From an uncultured Eubacteriales bacterium (lineage in GTDB: Bacteria; Bacillota; Clostridia; Oscillospirales; CAG-272), in assembly GCA_934393265.1 (NCBI GenBank), contig CAKRQL010000005.1, positions 1,897-65,896 of the forward strand: DNA of 64,000 nt. The letters run 5' to 3'. A program made the position numbers and the translations under genes. The notes under the pieces are model-generated. The model was not told the DNA's origin and did not search any database. It worked only from the letters and a program-made list of their open reading frames with translations. This document shows, one piece after another, positions 57,739 through 64,000 of this stretch (position 1 is the first letter of the stretch; each line of letters opens with the position of its first letter).

Positions 57739-59433
57739 TTAGATTTCCGGATCATACCCTTGACAATAAACAAGTAATATCAGAAAAAATGCTTCTGCTT
57801 CTTGAATGCTGAATTGTGTGGTTGACGAAAGGCCGCTATGAAAACTACGATTTCGAAAATTCCCGCCTAATTTTCTGCATAAACGGTATTCCAATTGTTG
57901 CACCAAAGAGGGATCCAACACTTCAAGAAGTGCATTTCGAAAATAGTTTTGACGATTCCCTTTCTGCACTAACATGTTATTTATGTTTATAGTGTTGCCG
58001 TTGTGGATTGGATAAATATGTTTTCGATCTTTTATGTAAGATAAGAAACCGTTTTCAAGCTGAGGAATCAGATAGTATAATGCATCGCTAATATTTTTTC
58101 GGAGTCCAGAAAGAATCTTCTCGAATACTACTGCATATCTGTCTTTGGGAACAAACAAATTGTGAGATAGCAGATCACTAATAAAATCAGTAAAGTCTTG
58201 ATCAATTTTCAGATTATCAATAAATGGTCCCAAAGTCAGCTGACAGGAGACGACGGTGTGAAAATTATAAATGTCGGATATAATCCGTTCTTTGGTATCT
58301 TCATCTGTCGCAACAGCAGATTCGTAGTCAATCGTTCCGTTATTATTAAAACTGATATTATTCATCTCGTATCGAGGAGAGCCTTTTCGTTTCTGGTACT
58401 CTTTTTCGGCGTTAGCAACTTCATATGGCTTGAAGTATTCCAAAAAAGCCAGAAATTGCATTGTCCCATCAGGCAGAGCTTGCATGGTTTCAATCATCTT
58501 TTTCTGGTAAGATTCTGCCTTATTTGACAGATCATCATCCAACTCAAAGGTCATTGACTTCATGTCCAAAGAACTATATAATTTCTTCTGTTCCTCCTCG
58601 CTCATAAACTTCAGGTCTGAAAATTGGGGTGATGATTCGCTAAAGTAAGAAGCTGCCCGTTCAAGATAACGATAGCCATGAGGAGAAGTTCGGTTTGCAA
58701 CTTTTTTCGCTATATCAGCATAACGCAATTTCCATTTTTCTTTTTCGTTCGAATCCTTTATATGATGGAACAAGTTATCAATAATATCAAGAGAAATTGG
58801 CTCATCAAGGTGTTTATCAATAGTCATGTTTGCCGCCGAAATTCCTTTTTGTATCAAGGAAGGCGCGAATTTGGGAATGAACTTAGACAAATAAAACACC
58901 AACGAAAACTCAACCTCATCGGAATAGTCTTTTTGCTCAAGCAAATCTATGACAATACTTTTCATATTTTGCTTTTTCCCGTTTTGGTTAAGCAAATACA
59001 AACACCGTTGTAGTGGCGGAATGAATTCATGCGTTTTTCCGCAATCGACAAGTTCACTGAAATTCTTGTAATATTCCTCGGCTGCCTGAAGCTTTAATTC
59101 CTTATCTTCTTTCAAAAATCCGACAACATCAAGTATTTTGGCTCTTAATGCATGAGATTCTGTTAAGTCCAATAAAGACAAAGCAGTAGCTAAGTCTTCT
59201 TCGGAAAGATCAGAAGGTTGAATACTTCTTTTTTCTTTCAACACCATCATCGGTGAAAAGGGACATGGCTGATATAAATTCGGCTGATATATAAAACTAA
59301 AGCGACCTTTGAGAAAATTTATGGCATCTTCTATGTTCCGAGGCATTGATACTGCCTTTGTGCGATATTTCATCAAGCCCATTGTCAAAATAGCTTTGTT
59401 TTCATCGAAATATTGTTCTATTTTATCCATCAA
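57739..59433 (-). CDS. Large hypothetical protein with C-terminal Rx4H HEPN-like motif (DUF4209-like, from memory)
   Basis: 564 aa, about 28-42% GC on sampled lines. The C-terminus reads CRKLGGNFRNRSFHSGLSS (R-x4-H). GAGG RBS. No TM segment or signal peptide. Confidence 0.8.
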   Translation of the reverse strand: MMDKIEQYFDENKAILTMGLMKYRTKAVSMPRNIEDAINFLKGRFSFIYQPNLYQPCPFSPMMVLKEKRSIQPSDLSEEDLATALSLLDLTESHALRAKILDVVGFLKEDKELKLQAAEEYYKNFSELVDCGKTHEFIPPLQRCLYLLNQNGKKQNMKSIVIDLLEQKDYSDEVEFSLVFYLSKFIPKFAPSLIQKGISAANMTIDKHLDEPISLDIIDNLFHHIKDSNEKEKWKLRYADIAKKVANRTSPHGYRYLERAASYFSESSPQFSDLKFMSEEEQKKLYSSLDMKSMTFELDDDLSNKAESYQKKMIETMQALPDGTMQFLAFLEYFKPYEVANAEKEYQKRKGSPRYEMNNISFNNNGTIDYESAVATDEDTKERIISDIYNFHTVVSCQLTLGPFIDNLKIDQDFTDFISDLLSHNLFVPKDRYAVVFEKILSGLRKNISDALYYLIPQLENGFLSYIKDRKHIYPIHNGNTININNMLVQKGNRQNYFRNALLEVLDPSLVQQLEYRLCRKLGGNFRNRSFHSGLSSTTQFSIQEAEAFFLILLVYCQGYDPEI

Positions 59434-59549
59434 TGTACCTCATTTTTATACAACATACTAAAACGAGAAATCTTTTAGTCAACTTGATCTATTTTGCACC
59501 TATTTTTATGAGAATATCTTGCGAAAAAGCTCGTCCCAGCGGACTAAAA

Positions 59550-62500
59550 TTACCCTTTTATCGCCTCCAGCACCCGATCCACGGTCTTGCCGTCCCAGCC
59601 GGTGCAGAGCATTTGCTTGGTGATGATGGTTTTATAGAGCGGGTTTTGCTCGATGACGCTCCAGAGATGGCGTAGGATGTGGATATAGTCATCAAAGCTA
59701 TCCTGCACTTTGGCAGCCACGGTTTTGCGCCACTCCTCGGCGGGTTCTTTGCCGGCGTAAATGTCGTTGAGCTGCTTGCAGAGATAATTGATGGCACCGC
59801 CGATACCGGGAAATTCGCTTTCGTTGGCGTCCGGATTTCTCGGTTCTTCCGCAATCTTTACATGGAGCAACAGATGTTCGAGCAGATTGCAATAGACAAG
59901 CCGATTCTTTTTCTGATACTCAAACGGATTCCGCGCGGCATACTCGTCATTGCTGAGCATGATTGCCTTATCTTCATCGATATGATGGCAGAAGAGGCCT
60001 TCGGCGGTACGGGAAACCAATTTGTTCTTGATAGTGCATTCTCTGTCGGTGAAATAATCGTGCTTTGCGGCACCGTATTTTTTTAGAAGAAGATCAACAA
60101 GCATTTCATATCCATAGCTCAACATTTCTTCTATATGAGATTGACCAACCATTGGACGCATGGTATGCTCTATTAGATCAATTTCCTGCGAATCTAAGCC
60201 ATATTTTTTGTATAAATCCTCGTCACAGTGAATCGCCGCATAATCCTCTATTGGCACAAACATGAAGTTTTTTTGTGAAATGTTCATTGACGATAGCGTT
60301 TGCCGAAGCAAAAACCGCGGAAACTTTAGAGAAATATATCGTACAAAATCATTCGCTTCATTCTCGGTGTTGAAAACTCCCAAAATCATATAAGTAAAGT
60401 TACAAATCTGATTTGGTCTTAAAATACGAGGTTTTGTTATCGCATTATAACCTTTTGCAGGGTCGATTCCCACTTCGCCATTAGATGGAACTACACGAGC
60501 AATATATACTTTCCACAAACCAACAATATCCTTGTTTTTTACGATGGCATCTTTGCTTACATATCCAATTCCCTTACTGTGAATCAGTTCTATGCAACGA
60601 TGTTCCGTCTTAACATCAAATCCCTTATCTTTTGTCGAAAATCCAAATGGGTCTAACGGATACACCACATCTGATAACATTCTAATGGACATAGTTTTTA
60701 CCTTATGGATAATGCTAATTGCGGCATTCGACCTTACAAATATGTTATCAAATTCATTCAGAGTTCTCGACATTCTTGTAACAGTACCACCTATTCTATT
60801 TACGACTTCGCAAGAAGCGTTACTGTTAGGAGTTCGCAAAAAATAACATACACCCCCGGCTATATCCACTGTTGGAAAACACTCTCTAGAGTTTGGATAA
60901 TCAACGAGTTTTTTTATCTTTTCGTCGTTAAGCATTGTAAATCTGAAATCATCTAATCCGATTCCCCCTGAAAACCATCGCGACGGAATTATCATAGAAA
61001 TGTATTGCACATTTACTTTCTTTGCCACATCTACAAAAAGATTAAAAATTGGTTTTGCTTGTGCTGCTGCCTTGTTTGAACTTGAATTATTAGCCGTGAT
61101 TTCTTGATACGGCGGATTCCCGACGATTGCATCGAACTTCATTTCTTTCACCTCTTTTCCCCAATAGCTGCCTTTGAGGATCTTCTTTTTGAACTGCTCC
61201 GGTTTGCTTTTCAGCATATTGACAAGGTCGTCAAAATAGTGGGCATTGACGACCTTATCGTGATAACCGGTCAGCGTGCGTTTTGTGATATATTTTGCCA
61301 TCGGGGTTTTGCAGATGACATAAATATTGTCGCGGAGAACTTCTTCCCACATGGCTTGCAGTTCGGCGGGTTCCCAGTCGTCATCGGTGGTGTCCTCCAG
61401 CTTCTGACGGTAAACACTGTAGGCGACATAGAGCGGATACAAGCCGGTCTTGGAGTTGATCTCCAGAATATGCGTATCCTCGCGGAACACTTCTTTTGTC
61501 ACATCCCCCTGATCCACAAAGCGTGGCTCGTCCAGACGGCGTTTTTCTTCCTGCGTGTCGTCCTCAAACTGTTCATTGAAGAAGCACCAACCGCCCAGCG
61601 TATCGCTCATATGCATATTGACTACACGCCACGGTGTCAGGACAGTTTCCTTATCGGGATTTTTGAAATGGCGGAAGATCTCGGCAATCAGTTTCACGCG
61701 TCTTGTAGGCGTTTCTTTGTCCGCCGCTGCCGCCAGTTTACGAATGCGCTTGCCTGCCGCAATAAACACATCGCGGTCGTAATATTTTGTGAAATCCGCA
61801 AACAGCTGCTTGGTCACGTCTTTGGGCATAAATTCCGCCCATGATGTATCGTCCACCAGTTCCACAAAGCGGTCAATGTCGATATCTTCATCAATCGGCA
61901 CATTGGCACCGTAAATCATCAGCGGCATACGGATAGAAATGCCTCGGAGAATATCAATGGCCTTTTTGCGCGCTTCCTTTGCCTGTTTCTTTTTCAGGCG
62001 ATCCGCGATTTCTTCCGGTGTCAGCGGTGTTGGAGGTGTGACGGGCTCATCATCACCGTCGTCAATATGGGCGATCTGCTCGTCGGTAAGTCCCTGACCG
62101 TTGACAACGACGCTGTCTTTTTTCTTCTGCGCTTTGGAGGCGCCGATAATATCTTTCAACGCATTGAATTTGGAGGCATCGATATCGTCAAGCTTCAGAA
62201 GCTCATCGTTATAAATGGATTCGTCTTCAAATCCGCTGTTGACGGCTCTCTCGGCGTAAATCTGCTTGACCTGCTCCATCATGGAATTGACGCTGTATTT
62301 GGTCATTCTCGATCCGGCAATCGCAATCACAGGGCAATAGTTCAGGAATTCTGTCATTACCTCACGGCGCTTTTTCTGATTCTTGCCGGGTTTACGGGAG
62401 AGATGTACGGTCTCAGTCAGCACTTTCAGGGTTCTGTCGGGTGCAAAGTCGAAAACATAGCAATCGGTTTTCTGCTTGCCGTCAATACATCCGGCAGACT

Positions 62501-63992
62501 GCACACGGAAAATGGTCTGCATATACTGAGAAGCAGCTGTGGAATAGGAGCCGGAAAGCATCAGTACCGCCGTCCACTCCGGAACGGTCACGCCCGTGGT
62601 CAGTTTCCCACAGGAAAGCGTGATGGAATACTTATTTTCACGGATGGTTTTGCGGACAAGCTCCAGCGCGTCCTTTGCGTGGTCTTCCTCGTAAGTATCG
62701 CCCTCTCCGGCGACATTGGCAATGCCGAAATGCATAAACACCGGGTGATGGCGGAGCATTTCGCTGAGTGCCTTTGCCTCTTTGACACCGGGCACCATCC
62801 ACAGCGTATGGCGGAACATATTGCGGTAGGCATCGGTAGAGAAGGGATAGATGCTGTTCTTGTCCTCTTTTGCCATCAGATCCAGGAAAGAACGGACATC
62901 CGCCTCGTGTACGAAATTGCCCTCAACAGCACCTTGCGGAATCTCACGCTTGCCATGCGGTCCTCTTGACCATACACGGAAGAATTCGCGGAAGTTGAAT
63001 GCTTTTGTATCGTATTCGTCCGAGACATATTTTTTCAGTTTTTCGCCGAGATCGTAGGTATAAATATGCATCTGCGGTAGATCGGCATAAGGGTTGTGGT
63101 CACCGTAATGCTCCGCGTCCCACTCTGCCTTTTTCTTCTGCTCCATGACATAGTCCCAGGTATAGACATTGTCTTCGCCGAACTTATCAAGCAGATTGAA
63201 CGGCGTGCCGGACAAAGCCAGCACTTTGGTGTCCGCTTTGCGCAGTTGTTTTATGACATGATCGCCCAGTTCGGTCTGTGTGCCTTCGTGGGCTTCGTCA
63301 ACGATGATAAGATCCCAGTTCAGGTCAAATACCGCGTTGTTTTTATTGAATTTTCCGCCGACACGTTTGGAGCCGCGCAGATCCTGAATCGATGCAAAAT
63401 AGAGGAAATAGGCGCCGTCTTTATCAAGCCGTTTGATTTTCAGATCATTTTCAAGGTCGATCTTCTCATCGTAGGTATAGGCGGAGTCGTTGGTTTTCAG
63501 TTCAAAGGAATAATCATGCTCGGACGAGCCCGGATAAAAGATTTTTGCAAAGTCCGTGCTCCATCCGTCGCTGACGACCGGACGATGCGTGACAATGATC
63601 ACGCGGCGATACTGCGAACGGCGCACGACTTCAAGGGCTGTCAGCGTTTTGCCAAAACGCATTTTGGCATACCACAGCATTTCGTTCTCTTTTTTGAACG
63701 CTTTGATGGTCTGTTCGATTGCCGCCTTCTGCTCATCACGGAAATCTATTCTTGCAACCGTCTGCCCGTCAGAGGTTTTCTCGGTTGCGGAAAGCGCGGA
63801 CTTGCCCTGCTTTACGGCAAGGATCGCGCGAATTGCCACATCTACCGTCGTAGCAAACCATTCCTCGCCCGTTGCACCGTTTGGCTGTACCTTATTGATG
63901 CCGGAATTCATCAGAACCTTGTGGACATCCTTGTCCTTGAAAGTGAATAAATATCCGTCCTTTTTCAGGACAGCCAGCTCGGTATATTCCAA
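59550..63992 (-). CDS. Giant fusion protein: DEAH helicase + Eco57I-like NPPY N6-adenine methyltransferase/TRD + extra HNH-like C-terminal module (5' end probably beyond window)
   Basis: At least 1480 aa. The listed start is a TTG and the frame stays open to nt 64000. Motifs: AKMRFGKT, IIVDEAHEG (63288-63299), LALSGTPF, QTIFRVQS, VGNPPYQ (61107-61118), CHHIDED...NRLVYCNLLEHLLLH (59862-59990). Confidence 0.85.
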   Translation of the reverse strand: MEYTELAVLKKDGYLFTFKDKDVHKVLMNSGINKVQPNGATGEEWFATTVDVAIRAILAVKQGKSALSATEKTSDGQTVARIDFRDEQKAAIEQTIKAFKKENEMLWYAKMRFGKTLTALEVVRRSQYRRVIIVTHRPVVSDGWSTDFAKIFYPGSSEHDYSFELKTNDSAYTYDEKIDLENDLKIKRLDKDGAYFLYFASIQDLRGSKRVGGKFNKNNAVFDLNWDLIIVDEAHEGTQTELGDHVIKQLRKADTKVLALSGTPFNLLDKFGEDNVYTWDYVMEQKKKAEWDAEHYGDHNPYADLPQMHIYTYDLGEKLKKYVSDEYDTKAFNFREFFRVWSRGPHGKREIPQGAVEGNFVHEADVRSFLDLMAKEDKNSIYPFSTDAYRNMFRHTLWMVPGVKEAKALSEMLRHHPVFMHFGIANVAGEGDTYEEDHAKDALELVRKTIRENKYSITLSCGKLTTGVTVPEWTAVLMLSGSYSTAASQYMQTIFRVQSAGCIDGKQKTDCYVFDFAPDRTLKVLTETVHLSRKPGKNQKKRREVMTEFLNYCPVIAIAGSRMTKYSVNSMMEQVKQIYAERAVNSGFEDESIYNDELLKLDDIDASKFNALKDIIGASKAQKKKDSVVVNGQGLTDEQIAHIDDGDDEPVTPPTPLTPEEIADRLKKKQAKEARKKAIDILRGISIRMPLMIYGANVPIDEDIDIDRFVELVDDTSWAEFMPKDVTKQLFADFTKYYDRDVFIAAGKRIRKLAAAADKETPTRRVKLIAEIFRHFKNPDKETVLTPWRVVNMHMSDTLGGWCFFNEQFEDDTQEEKRRLDEPRFVDQGDVTKEVFREDTHILEINSKTGLYPLYVAYSVYRQKLEDTTDDDWEPAELQAMWEEVLRDNIYVICKTPMAKYITKRTLTGYHDKVVNAHYFDDLVNMLKSKPEQFKKKILKGSYWGKEVKEMKFDAIVGNPPYQEITANNSSSNKAAAQAKPIFNLFVDVAKKVNVQYISMIIPSRWFSGGIGLDDFRFTMLNDEKIKKLVDYPNSRECFPTVDIAGGVCYFLRTPNSNASCEVVNRIGGTVTRMSRTLNEFDNIFVRSNAAISIIHKVKTMSIRMLSDVVYPLDPFGFSTKDKGFDVKTEHRCIELIHSKGIGYVSKDAIVKNKDIVGLWKVYIARVVPSNGEVGIDPAKGYNAITKPRILRPNQICNFTYMILGVFNTENEANDFVRYISLKFPRFLLRQTLSSMNISQKNFMFVPIEDYAAIHCDEDLYKKYGLDSQEIDLIEHTMRPMVGQSHIEEMLSYGYEMLVDLLLKKYGAAKHDYFTDRECTIKNKLVSRTAEGLFCHHIDEDKAIMLSNDEYAARNPFEYQKKNRLVYCNLLEHLLLHVKIAEEPRNPDANESEFPGIGGAINYLCKQLNDIYAGKEPAEEWRKTVAAKVQDSFDDYIHILRHLWSVIEQNPLYKTIITKQMLCTGWDGKTVDRVLEAIKG

Positions 63993-64000
63993 CTTAAAGT

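Larger units (their letters stand above)
55967..64000. mobile_element. Compositionally atypical accessory island around tRNA-Pro (truncated by window end)
   Basis: Hand GC counts on 60-nt lines fall from about 60% to 28-50%. Content: hsdR remnant, tRNA-Pro, tnpV, HEPN-like gene, giant helicase-methyltransferase. No integrase in view. Confidence 0.55.

Overview
High-GC (about 60% on hand-sampled lines) Clostridia-type chromosomal segment. The taxon guess (Oscillospiraceae/Ruminococcaceae-like) is inference only. All family names come from motif recognition by eye; no homology search was run.

Positions 1-55.9 kb are mostly core genes:
- a sensory [FeFe]-hydrogenase operon (two thioredoxin-like 2Fe-2S proteins, HydS with PAS domain, PP2C phosphatase, group-B-like hydrogenase)
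- LysR plus an APH-like kinase, a MutS-domain-V protein, coaW and a CBS protein
- a 1145-aa low-complexity tail-anchored orphan
- the rimP-nusA-ylxR-ylxQ-infB operon, and an ogg with a Cys-rich insert
- a translationally coupled Cys-motif protein plus a membrane-embedded Rad50/YhaN-like ATPase
- PfkB kinase, hydrolase, miaA, galK, recA and recX
- an ABC exporter, an MMPL transporter and a P-type ATPase
- an acyltransferase/GT8/GT8-acyltransferase-fusion cluster
- serine dehydratase, a DEDD exonuclease, and a strongly signalled 39-aa peptide gene followed by a repeat-rich structured spacer
- a beta-helix lipoprotein and a TPP-riboswitch-thiT/thiamine diphosphokinase block
- GH78 rhamnosidase, PHP, PAP2, SDR, flavin reductase and an HTH protein.

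From about 55.97 kb to the window end the composition drops and becomes patchy, and the content turns accessory:
- a 3' remnant of a type I hsdR gene
- tRNA-Pro(GGG) with its own promoter
- tnpV
- a 564-aa protein with a C-terminal Rx4H (HEPN/DUF4209-like) motif
- a protein of at least 1480 aa that fuses a DEAH helicase, an NPPY methyltransferase/TRD and an extra HNH-like C-terminal module. Its 5' end probably lies beyond the window.

This last gene pair is my best candidate for an uncharacterised defence or restriction-type system.

A 10-12 nt motif (ATACACGGGTAT) also recurs in six intergenic regions across the core part.
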